64,000 nt of DNA, from the NCBI GenBank assembly GCA_037200965.1, contig JBBCGK010000001.1, positions 896,260-960,259 of the forward strand, written 5' to 3'. The notes beneath the pieces were generated by a model. The model had not been told where the DNA came from and did no database searches. It saw nothing but the letters and a program-made list of their open reading frames with translations. Of the stretch, positions 16,932 to 24,369 are shown piece by piece. The translations under genes and the position numbers were made by a program. The stretch is from a bacterium. GTDB taxonomy: Bacteria > Patescibacteriota > Minisyncoccia > Phycocordibacterales > Phycocordibacteraceae. Numbering within the stretch: the first letter of the stretch is position 1; each line of letters starts with the position of its first letter.

Positions 16932-17861
16932 ATGGCTAACCGACATCTTGCGCGCTCTGTCGTCCTCCAAACGCTCTTTGAGTGGGATACTACAGCTGCC
17001 TCAAGTGAAAGCGCGCACGAGACGCTCAAGAGAAATGTCGAAGAATTCGGCGGAGACGATGCCGATGCGCCGTTCATGTCGAAACTCCTCGACGGGGTGC
17101 TCGCCAAGCGGGACGACCTCGACCTCATCATCGCCAAGGCCGCTCCCGAATGGCCCCTCGAAAAGATCGCTCCCGTGGACCGTAACATTTTACGCCTCGG
17201 GCTTTTCGAGCTTCTCTTCGCCGACCGCACCCAGGTCCCGGCCAAGGTGGCCATAAACGAGGCGATAGAGCTCGCGAAGACGTTTGGAGGAGATTCCTCC
17301 GGGCGGTTCGTGAACGGGGTGCTCGGCGCCGTATACAAGGAGATAGGAGAGCCGGGCAAGGACGAAGTCAGCAAGAAAAAGCAGGTAAAATACGAAGATA
17401 TTCCGCTCCAGCGGCTGGGCGGCGCGGTCGTCTATGCAAAGCACGAGGGCGAGTACTATCTCGCCCTCGTGCATGACGTGTTCGGGCATTGGACCCTTTC
17501 GAAGGGCAAGATCGGCGATACGCCGGAAACCGCGAATGAAACGACCGAAGAAGGCACGGCGCGGAAAGTACGGGCGGAGATCGGCCTCGACGTAACGATC
17601 GAGGAGCAGGTCGGCGAGAACGAATACGTCGCGACGCATCCGGAGAATGGCAAGCTCCGAAAGCGCGTCACCTATTTCCTCGCGCGCGCGCAGTTCGAAC
17701 CCCTCCAGCTTGAAGCGAACAAAGGGGGACTCGACGACGTCAAATGGTTCCGCCTCTCGGACATTCTTGACCTCAATTTCTACGATGATATGCTCCCCAT
17801 CGTCACGAACGCCGTCCAGAAACTCCTCGACCGCGCCCGCGCCACTACTGTAAATGCCTGA
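16932..17861 (+). CDS. nusB: NusB antitermination factor fused to a C-terminal Nudix-like hydrolase domain
   Basis: N-terminal NusB (MANRHLARSVVLQTLFEWD...VDRNILRLGLFELLF...AINEAIELAKTFGGDSSGRFVNGVLGAV). The C-terminal about 150 aa carry a degenerate Nudix box (GKIGDTPETANETTEEGTARKVRAEIGL). The stop overlaps the rnc start (ATGCCTGA). Confidence 0.8.
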   Translation: MANRHLARSVVLQTLFEWDTTAASSESAHETLKRNVEEFGGDDADAPFMSKLLDGVLAKRDDLDLIIAKAAPEWPLEKIAPVDRNILRLGLFELLFADRTQVPAKVAINEAIELAKTFGGDSSGRFVNGVLGAVYKEIGEPGKDEVSKKKQVKYEDIPLQRLGGAVVYAKHEGEYYLALVHDVFGHWTLSKGKIGDTPETANETTEEGTARKVRAEIGLDVTIEEQVGENEYVATHPENGKLRKRVTYFLARAQFEPLQLEANKGGLDDVKWFRLSDILDLNFYDDMLPIVTNAVQKLLDRARATTVNA

Positions 17862-18543
17862 TTTCGCCTCCTTCGCCGCAAAACTCGGACTCAAATTCGA
17901 AAACCAGGCGCTTCTCATCGAAGCGCTGACGCACCGCTCGTACCTCAATGAAAATCGGGGAACGGTCTCGAAGCATAACGAACGGCTCGAATTCCTCGGC
18001 GACGCGGTCCTCGAGCTCGCCGTCACGCATTTCCTCTATTTTCAATACCCGAACAAGCAGGAAGGCGAGCTCACGGCCTATCGCGCGGCGCTCGTGAACA
18101 CGGTGTCGCTTGCAAGCCTCGCCGAGAAGCTTGGCGTGAACGACTACCTGCTGCTCTCGAAAGGCGAAGCCAAAGATACCGGCCGCGCTCGCGCAATCAT
18201 TCTTGCAAACGCGTTCGAAGCGCTCCTTGGCGCGGTGTATCTCGACCAGGGATACGAAGCGGCGGAGAAGTTCCTCGCGCTTAACCTCTATCCGCGCCTT
18301 GCGGGAGTGCTCGAGCAGGGAACCTGGCAGGACGCGAAGAGCCGCTTCCAGGAGGCTTCCCAGGAGCATAGGGGCGTCACGCCGACGTACCGGACCATTT
18401 CCGAAACGGGTCCCGACCACGCCCGCTCCTTCACGGTCGGCGTCTTTTTGCATGCTGAAGAGATAGGGCGCGGGGAAGGGAAATCAAAACAGGAGGCCGA
18501 GCAGGCCGCGGCGCAAAACGGCATTGACAAGATGGGGTGGTAG
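17854..18543 (+). CDS. rnc: Ribonuclease III
   Basis: RNase III signature ERLEFLGDAVLELAV plus a C-terminal dsRBD. Confidence 0.9.
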   Translation: MPDFASFAAKLGLKFENQALLIEALTHRSYLNENRGTVSKHNERLEFLGDAVLELAVTHFLYFQYPNKQEGELTAYRAALVNTVSLASLAEKLGVNDYLLLSKGEAKDTGRARAIILANAFEALLGAVYLDQGYEAAEKFLALNLYPRLAGVLEQGTWQDAKSRFQEASQEHRGVTPTYRTISETGPDHARSFTVGVFLHAEEIGRGEGKSKQEAEQAAAQNGIDKMGW

Positions 18544-18579
18544 AAGTATTATCCAGACAGGCCAAAGGAGATTGAGCAG

Positions 18580-18867
18580 ATGGCAGGAACAGGCGTTTCT
18601 TCCGAGAATCCGGGATTTATCCCGGATCAGAACTACACATTCGAACCGCCGGTGAAGACGAGATGCATCTCGACCGCTGGCGGCAGCGGCTGGACCGAAA
18701 AGGTTTTCGCCGAAGGGTGGTGCCTGAAGTTCGATCCGAGCACGAAGATAGGCACCTTCCAGGGAATGCCTGTCGGAGAAGATGTCGAACACTTCTTCAC
18801 CATCGAATTCGGCCCTGGGAGCGTGGCGAAAGAAGTCTCGCCGCCCCATCTCACGGTCGTGAAATAG
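18580..18867 (+). CDS. Hypothetical small protein (95 aa)
   Basis: AAGGAGA RBS upstream of the ATG. No recognisable family. Confidence 0.45.
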   Translation: MAGTGVSSENPGFIPDQNYTFEPPVKTRCISTAGGSGWTEKVFAEGWCLKFDPSTKIGTFQGMPVGEDVEHFFTIEFGPGSVAKEVSPPHLTVVK

Positions 18868-18934
18868 GACGGGCTCCTGTATATCCGTCCTCACACAGCA
18901 CTCGCGCCATGCGCGGGTGCTGTATACTTTTTAT

Positions 18935-21900
18935 ATGCTCAAGCGGCTCGAAATCGCCGGGTTCAAATCGTTCGCACGGAAGACCGTGCTCGATTTCTCG
19001 TCCTCGGTGACGTCGATCGTGGGGCCGAATGGATCTGGGAAGTGCGTGACGGGCGATACGCTCCTTGCGCGCCGGACGGCTTCGGGGGAAGCGGAAGACG
19101 TCGCGATCAAAGACATCCGTCGCGGCGACGAGGTACTCGCGCTTGACGAGGCGACGGGCGCTTTCGTGAGCGCCCGCGTGAACGCGCTCCTCGATTCGGG
19201 CACCAAAGACGTGTGTGAGCTTGTCACGGAAAGCGGCAAGCGCATTCGTACGACCGCGGAGCACCCTTATCTCGCCGCTCCGGAGGCCCGGCCAGTTCCC
19301 GAGCGTCCGCGCATCGGCGTGTTTATTGATAACTCGAATCTCTATCATGGGGCGCGAAAGGCCGGGTGGCAGATCGATTTTGGCAAGCTCCGCGCGCTGC
19401 TTGAAGCAAGCGCCGACCTTCGCATCATGCGCTATCACGTCGCGGTTCCGGAAGCCGGGGATCCCGCGCATGAAGCCGCGCGCAAGCATCTGCGGGCGGT
19501 CGCCCCGTACGTGACGGTGCTCGAAAAGCCGCTCAAGTATATTGCCGGAAGCAACGGATCGGTCGTAAAGAAGGGAGATATCGACATCGACCTCGCCCTG
19601 GATGTCGTGCGGCATCTGCCGCTTCTCGACGTCGCGATAATCGTGAGCGGGGACAGCGACTATCTGGGGCTTGAGCAGTACGTGCAGCGGCAAGGGAAAG
19701 CGGCCCTATTCCTCTCATTCAAGCGGTCGATGGCGTGGGAGTTGCGCTTGAAGCCGCATATCTTTGCGGAGCGCATCCGCCCGTGGATCGAGCGCAGAGG
19801 AACGCAAAACCCCGAGCTTTCGCTCGGGGCAGTGTTGGTAGCGCCAATTATACAGGCATCGCTCAAGCGCGCAAGCCCCGGGCGCGAGACCCGTGTGGAT
19901 ACTATCGGTTCATGGACTCGCGTCATGCATCTTGCTATCGGTTCGCGCATCGCGACGCTCTCTGCCTCCGGAGCGCTCACGTTTGAAGCAGTTGCGTCGA
20001 TATCCGTTCTTCCCGCTGAACGGGTATATGACATTGAGGTGGAAGGAGTTCATAACTTCGTGGGAAACGGTATCGTCGCGCACAACAGCAACGTTGCCGA
20101 AGCTTTCCGCTTCGCGCTCGGGGAACAGTCGATGAAGTCGATGCGCGGGAAACGAAGCGAAGACCTCATCTTTTCGGGCTCGCACACCGCACAGCGCTCA
20201 AACCGTGCCGCGGTCGCGGTCGTTTTCGATAATTCCCGCAAGCAATTCAAGCTCGACTTTAACGAGGTGGTGATCGAGCGCGCGGTATTTCGCGACGGGA
20301 CGAGCGAATACTCGATCAACGGGTCGAAAGCGCGCCTTCGCGACATCCAGGAGCTTCTTGCAGGCGCCAATATCGGCGAGACCGGGCACCACATCATCTC
20401 CCAGGGCGAGGCCGATCGGATACTCGCGGCTTCAAGCGCCGACCGGCGCGAAATGCTTGAGGAAGCGCTCGGGCTCAAGATTTTCGAATTCAAGAAGCAG
20501 GAGAGCGAGAAGAAACTCCAGAAGACCGAGGAGAATATCGGACAGGTGGAGGCGCTCCGGAGGGAACTCGCGCCGCACTTGAAGTTCCTCGGGAAGCAGG
20601 TCGAGAAGCTCGAACGCGCGGAGGAAATGCGGCGCGAGCTCGGAGCCGCGGCGAGGACGTACCTCGCGATCGAGGATGCCTATCTTCGGGAAGAAAAGAA
20701 GCGTGCCGAAAGCGCGAAAGTCTCCGCGGCGGAGCGCCTTGCGAAAGCGTCCGCGGAACTTGCCGCGGTCACCGACCTCACGGCAAGCGACAGCGAAGCC
20801 CTGAAGCGCTTCGAAGCCGTACGGCAGTCGGAAGCTCTTGCCGAGCGGATTACCTCCTCGCGGGCCGAACTTGCGCGCGAGCTCGGGAAGACGGAAGGTG
20901 CGCTTGAGGGAGCAAAAAGGCGAAGCGCCGCAGTCGCCCGCGACCCGTACGCGAAGATACCGCGGGAAGACCTGACGGCTCTTCGGGACGAGGTTGAGCG
21001 GCAGGCCGAAGGCGCGGGAGAAGGTGTCGAGTCGCTGCGCGCCGCACTCGCCGCGATACGCTCGGCAACGCGCGCTTTCTTCGAGCGCTTCGCGGTTTCG
21101 GGTGCCGCGTACCTTGCGGAGGAGGAGCGCGAGACGTTCGCGCTTGAGGAAGAGCAGAAAAGGCTCGTCGCGAAAGACGCGGAGCTCGCTGCCGAGCTTG
21201 AAAAAGCGCGGGCGGCGCTTGCCCGAGCCCGCGAAGAAGCCCGCGCCCGCGAAGAGGCGGGGCGCGAAAGCCAGCACCGCACGCTGCAGGTCGCGGAGGC
21301 AAAGGCTTCCGCGGAGGCGGAGACGGAACGGTTCGGCGCGCGCCTTCGCGAGCTTGCCTTCCTTGCCGAAGAGCTCCAGAGGGACACGGCCGAAGTACTC
21401 GCGCTTGCGGGTGCCGAGGCCGTCTCGTACGCGCCCCTGTCGGAGCTTCCGCGGGAAGAGCGCCGGGCGCAGGAAGACCGCAAGCGCGCGCTTGAGCGCC
21501 TCAAGATACGGCTTGAGGAAGCGGGCGGCGGCGGGGAACAAATACGCAGCGAATACAAGGAGGTCTCGGAGCGAGAGAGTTTCCTTGCGCGGGAGCTTGA
21601 GGATCTTGCGAAGTCGGCCGCAGGGCTTCGGGAACTCATAACCGAGCTCGATACGGAACTCGGCAAGAGTTTCGCGGAGGGGCTTCAGAAGGTTAACGCG
21701 TCGTTCGGGGAATTCTTCGCGCTCATGTTCGGGGGCGGAAGCGCCCGGCTTGTGCTTGAAGAGCCCGAAGACGATGAAGAGGAAGACGAGGAACGCGAAA
21801 CAAGCACGCCACGCAGGGAAATGCGTCCGGGGATCGAGATATCGGTTGCCCTCCCGAAAAAGCGCGTGCAGTCGCTCATGCAGCTTTCAGGCGGCGAGCG

Positions 21901-22180
21901 GGCGCTCACGTCGATCGCGCTCATCTTTGCCATGAGCCAGGTGAATCCGCCGCCGTTTTTGATACTTGACGAGACGGACGCGGCCTTGGACGAGGCCAAC
22001 AGCCGCCGCTACGGCGACATGATCGAGAACCTCTCGAAGAAATCCCAGCTTATCGTCATCACGCATAACCGCGAGACCATGAGCAGGGCGGGCATCCTCT
22101 ACGGCGTGACAATGTCGGGCGACGGCGTCTCGAAGCTCCTTTCGGTCAAATTCGACGAGGCGGTTGCGGTGGCGAAGTAA
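18935..22180 (+). CDS. smc: SMC-family chromosome partition ATPase (hinge-less, about 740-aa extein) interrupted by an intein after Walker A
   Basis: N-terminus MLKRLEIAGFKSF...VGPNGSGK, then the intein, then SNVAEAFRFALGEQSMKSMRG...IFSGS. Long coiled-coil. C-terminal LSGGERALTSIALIFAM signature and LILDETDAALD D-loop. No hinge domain is discernible. A GTG at 18917 is an alternative start. Confidence 0.85.
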   Translation: MLKRLEIAGFKSFARKTVLDFSSSVTSIVGPNGSGKCVTGDTLLARRTASGEAEDVAIKDIRRGDEVLALDEATGAFVSARVNALLDSGTKDVCELVTESGKRIRTTAEHPYLAAPEARPVPERPRIGVFIDNSNLYHGARKAGWQIDFGKLRALLEASADLRIMRYHVAVPEAGDPAHEAARKHLRAVAPYVTVLEKPLKYIAGSNGSVVKKGDIDIDLALDVVRHLPLLDVAIIVSGDSDYLGLEQYVQRQGKAALFLSFKRSMAWELRLKPHIFAERIRPWIERRGTQNPELSLGAVLVAPIIQASLKRASPGRETRVDTIGSWTRVMHLAIGSRIATLSASGALTFEAVASISVLPAERVYDIEVEGVHNFVGNGIVAHNSNVAEAFRFALGEQSMKSMRGKRSEDLIFSGSHTAQRSNRAAVAVVFDNSRKQFKLDFNEVVIERAVFRDGTSEYSINGSKARLRDIQELLAGANIGETGHHIISQGEADRILAASSADRREMLEEALGLKIFEFKKQESEKKLQKTEENIGQVEALRRELAPHLKFLGKQVEKLERAEEMRRELGAAARTYLAIEDAYLREEKKRAESAKVSAAERLAKASAELAAVTDLTASDSEALKRFEAVRQSEALAERITSSRAELARELGKTEGALEGAKRRSAAVARDPYAKIPREDLTALRDEVERQAEGAGEGVESLRAALAAIRSATRAFFERFAVSGAAYLAEEERETFALEEEQKRLVAKDAELAAELEKARAALARAREEARAREEAGRESQHRTLQVAEAKASAEAETERFGARLRELAFLAEELQRDTAEVLALAGAEAVSYAPLSELPREERRAQEDRKRALERLKIRLEEAGGGGEQIRSEYKEVSERESFLARELEDLAKSAAGLRELITELDTELGKSFAEGLQKVNASFGEFFALMFGGGSARLVLEEPEDDEEEDEERETSTPRREMRPGIEISVALPKKRVQSLMQLSGGERALTSIALIFAMSQVNPPPFLILDETDAALDEANSRRYGDMIENLSKKSQLIVITHNRETMSRAGILYGVTMSGDGVSKLLSVKFDEAVAVAK
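19043..20086 (+). mobile_element. Intein (348 aa) in the SMC P-loop carrying a NYN/LabA-like PIN-fold nuclease domain instead of a canonical homing endonuclease
   Basis: Intein starts at Cys after GPNGSGK (block A CVTGDTLLA) and has block B TTAEHPY. Block F is VYDIEVEGVHNFVGNG and block G is IVAHN, followed by +1 Ser. Removing it reconstitutes GPNGSGKSNVAEAFRFALGEQS. The central about 150 aa hold NYN motifs GVFIDNSNLYH, DIDIDLALD and IVSGDSDY. Confidence 0.85.
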
Positions 22181-22185
22181 TCGTC

Positions 22186-23116
22186 TTCTAATCAACACCT
22201 TGGCACCACCTCCTTGAGTACTTGTGCCGGGGTCAGGAGATTCAGGCCGAAATGGTGCCGCTCCCGGTTGTACCAGGGGATGTATTTCTTCAGAGCCGCA
22301 TTGAACGCTTCCGGACTTCTGCGCGCATGGTCGAGGCACTCCTCCTGAAGCGTGCGGTTGAATCGCTCGATATGCGCATTGTCGTTGGGTTTCCCGATGC
22401 GGGAATACCGGTGCTTCCTCCGGATGCGCTCGACGAACCACGCCCCGAACTCGGGACCATGGTCGCTCTGGAGCATTTCGAAGCGGAAGGACGCTCTCCG
22501 CTGCGCCTCCTCGACGAAGCGCACGGCGGTCGCGGCATCCATGCGCGCATAGGTCTTCGCGTACGCGGTGCGGGAATGCACGTCGATGAGGGTGAAGGTA
22601 TACATCCGCTTCTTCAAATCGAGCATGGTGTGAATGGTGTCGATCTGGACGAGGGAACCGGGTTTCTCCGGCAGGGGGCGGTCGACCTGTGGGTGGTATC
22701 GCTTGTACGGGCTCCTCTTCTTGAGGAGGCCCATGCGGTCAAGCGTTCGCTTGATGGTGGAGAGTGAAATCACCACCCCTTCCTCCTCCAGTATGCGCTG
22801 AATGACTTCCGCGCTTCGCTTCGACTTGAGCCGGGTATGGAAGATCTTCCAGCGGAGTTCGTCTGAGAGCTGCCGGGGATGGCGCTTCGGACGCGACGAG
22901 CGCGTCGGTATCGGGTGGTATCCGATGCGTTCGGCCCTTCGCACCCATTTCATGACGGCGGTGTGATGGTACCCGAGATGCCGCCCGATCTTGCGCGCGC
23001 TCCAGCCTTGGCGGAAGAGATCCGCCGCTTCGCGGCGGATGCGGGGCATACGGGGGTTGGTGGTGTATGGCATGCGACTTGGCTTAGTGGTGCCAAGGTA
23101 TTGAACCATTACGAGT
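22186..23116 (-). mobile_element. IS481-family insertion sequence (about 0.93 kb) inserted at the smc stop codon
   Basis: Terminal imperfect inverted repeats: left ...TAATCAACACCTTGGCACCAC (22189-22209); right reverse-complement CTCGTAATGGTTCAATACCTTGGCACCAC (23087-23116). Single DDE transposase ORF. A possible 5-bp direct repeat GTAAT lies at 22177-22181 and 23115-23119. Exact ends uncertain by a few bp. Confidence 0.65.
22192..23109 (-). CDS. IS481-family DDE transposase (start 23109 or 23073)
   Basis: N-terminal HTH (RIRREAADLFRQGWSARKIGRHLGYHHTAVMKW). rve integrase core LVQIDTIH...DHGPEF...KPNDNAHIERFNRTLQEE with a D,D,E triad. Confidence 0.8.
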   Translation of the reverse strand: MVQYLGTTKPSRMPYTTNPRMPRIRREAADLFRQGWSARKIGRHLGYHHTAVMKWVRRAERIGYHPIPTRSSRPKRHPRQLSDELRWKIFHTRLKSKRSAEVIQRILEEEGVVISLSTIKRTLDRMGLLKKRSPYKRYHPQVDRPLPEKPGSLVQIDTIHTMLDLKKRMYTFTLIDVHSRTAYAKTYARMDAATAVRFVEEAQRRASFRFEMLQSDHGPEFGAWFVERIRRKHRYSRIGKPNDNAHIERFNRTLQEECLDHARRSPEAFNAALKKYIPWYNRERHHFGLNLLTPAQVLKEVVPRC

Positions 23117-23180
23117 AATTTGACACGTTTCCTCTTATAGAGTATTGTGCGCATAACGCATAGACGAAAAGGAGATTCGA

Positions 23181-23552
23181 ATGCGTAGCACATTCAAAGC
23201 GATAGTGGCAGCCGCGCTCATGCTTGCGCCTGTTGCTGCCGGGGCGGAGCCGGATTTCGCATATAACGAGAGAAGCCCGAGCGAGAAATGGCGAGACGAA
23301 CACATCACCTTCGCCTACTTCGGGCGGGAAATCAAAGGCACCGACTGGCTCGTCATCGGCCTCCATCCCGGAGACCGGAAGGTAACCGTCTCGCACCGGC
23401 ATAAGATCTATCGCGACTGGGGCTATGCGGAAGTGTTTTCGCTATCAGTAGGCGACTCAATCTTCCTCGAGCCGTCTACTGCATATCCATTTGGTCAAAA
23501 GGCGAAGCTCGTAGAGTTCGATGGCTACACCAGCATGTTCTGGATCCATTGA
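23181..23552 (+). CDS. Hypothetical secreted small protein (signal peptide)
   Basis: AAAAGGAGA RBS. N-terminal signal peptide MRSTFKAIVAAALMLAPVAAGA. No known family. Confidence 0.5.
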   Translation: MRSTFKAIVAAALMLAPVAAGAEPDFAYNERSPSEKWRDEHITFAYFGREIKGTDWLVIGLHPGDRKVTVSHRHKIYRDWGYAEVFSLSVGDSIFLEPSTAYPFGQKAKLVEFDGYTSMFWIH

Positions 23553-23600
23553 GTTTCACCCCGTGAAGGGAGGTGCCCGGCACAGAAGGCCGGGCACTTT

Positions 23601-23846
23601 TCATTTTGCGAGGCGGTCTCTTTCCTCGCGCTGCAGGCGGAAACGCTCCTTGCAGCTTTCGCAGCCTTCCGGTCCCTGCATCCCGAATATATGTCCGTAC
23701 GCTTCTTCGAGCGCTGTTTCAAGAATGTCGCGTGGAAACTCGTCGCAGCACATAACGGTAGCGATCAGTATGCCCATATCGGGCTTAAGTTCCGGATGGG
23801 ATTCGGCAAACGCTACGCGTCCAAGACGCCTGTCTTCCGGTGTCAT
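23601..23846 (-). CDS. Hypothetical small Cys-containing protein (81 aa)
   Basis: AAGGAGA RBS 7 nt upstream of the minus-strand ATG. Motifs CC...C..C. Confidence 0.45.
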   Translation of the reverse strand: MTPEDRRLGRVAFAESHPELKPDMGILIATVMCCDEFPRDILETALEEAYGHIFGMQGPEGCESCKERFRLQREERDRLAK

Positions 23847-23948
23847 ATTGTATTTCTCCTTCAGTTCCTTACTCTATAACGCCGACAAAGAGACCTAAGA
23901 TGTCATGTCGTTCATCGTTCCAACAGGAGCGCATGTTATACTTCCTCC

Positions 23949-24164
23949 ATGCTTACGGCCGTATACAAGAAAGTCAGGAGCGGATACGTTGCCTGGATCG
24001 AGGAGGTGCCTGGCGTGCTGACGCAGGGAAAGTCGCGCGTCGAGGCGCGCGCGAATCTTGCTGATGCGCTTCGTGAATTCATCGCGGCGCGGCGTGACGC
24101 TACACGACGAAGCTCCGTACGTGGAAGCGCTCCCCTCAAGCGCGAGCGCATGGCGCTCGCATAG
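23949..24164 (+). CDS. hicB: HicB-family antitoxin (UPF0150-like)
   Basis: VYKKVRSGYVAWIEEVPGVLTQGKSRVEARANLADALREFI matches the HicB N-domain pattern. Lies directly upstream of hicA. Confidence 0.7.
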   Translation: MLTAVYKKVRSGYVAWIEEVPGVLTQGKSRVEARANLADALREFIAARRDATRRSSVRGSAPLKRERMALA

Positions 24165-24173
24165 CTTTCCCCG

Positions 24174-24368
24174 ATGAAGCGCCGGGACCTGGAGCGGCAT
24201 CTTTATGCGCAAGGTTGCCGTCTTGTACGGGAGGGCGCGAAGCATTCCGTATTTGAGAATCCTCCGCTTGGCGCGATGGCGACGGTACCGCGGCACGCCG
24301 AAGTCGACCCGTATCTCGCGCGAAAAATCTGCAAGGAGCTCGGCATTAAGGCACCACAAGGGCGTTAA
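24174..24368 (+). CDS. hicA: HicA-family mRNA interferase toxin
   Basis: MKRRDLERHLYAQGCRLVREGAKHSVFENP...ATVPRHAEVDPYLARKICKELGI matches the HicA/YcfA pattern (KGSH..., VPxH...). Its stop is 1 nt from the convergent rnr stop. Confidence 0.75.
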   Translation: MKRRDLERHLYAQGCRLVREGAKHSVFENPPLGAMATVPRHAEVDPYLARKICKELGIKAPQGR

Positions 24369-24369
24369 T

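Noticed and set aside
22186-22198. 13-mer TTCTAATCAACAC shared by the IS481 left end (22186-22198) and the sequence just after the dnaA terminator (51822-51834), considered as a solo IR or IS target
   Set aside because: With about 6.4e4 positions on two strands, dozens of exact 13-mer coincidences are expected by chance. The match does not extend into the conserved IR core (CCTTGGCACCAC).
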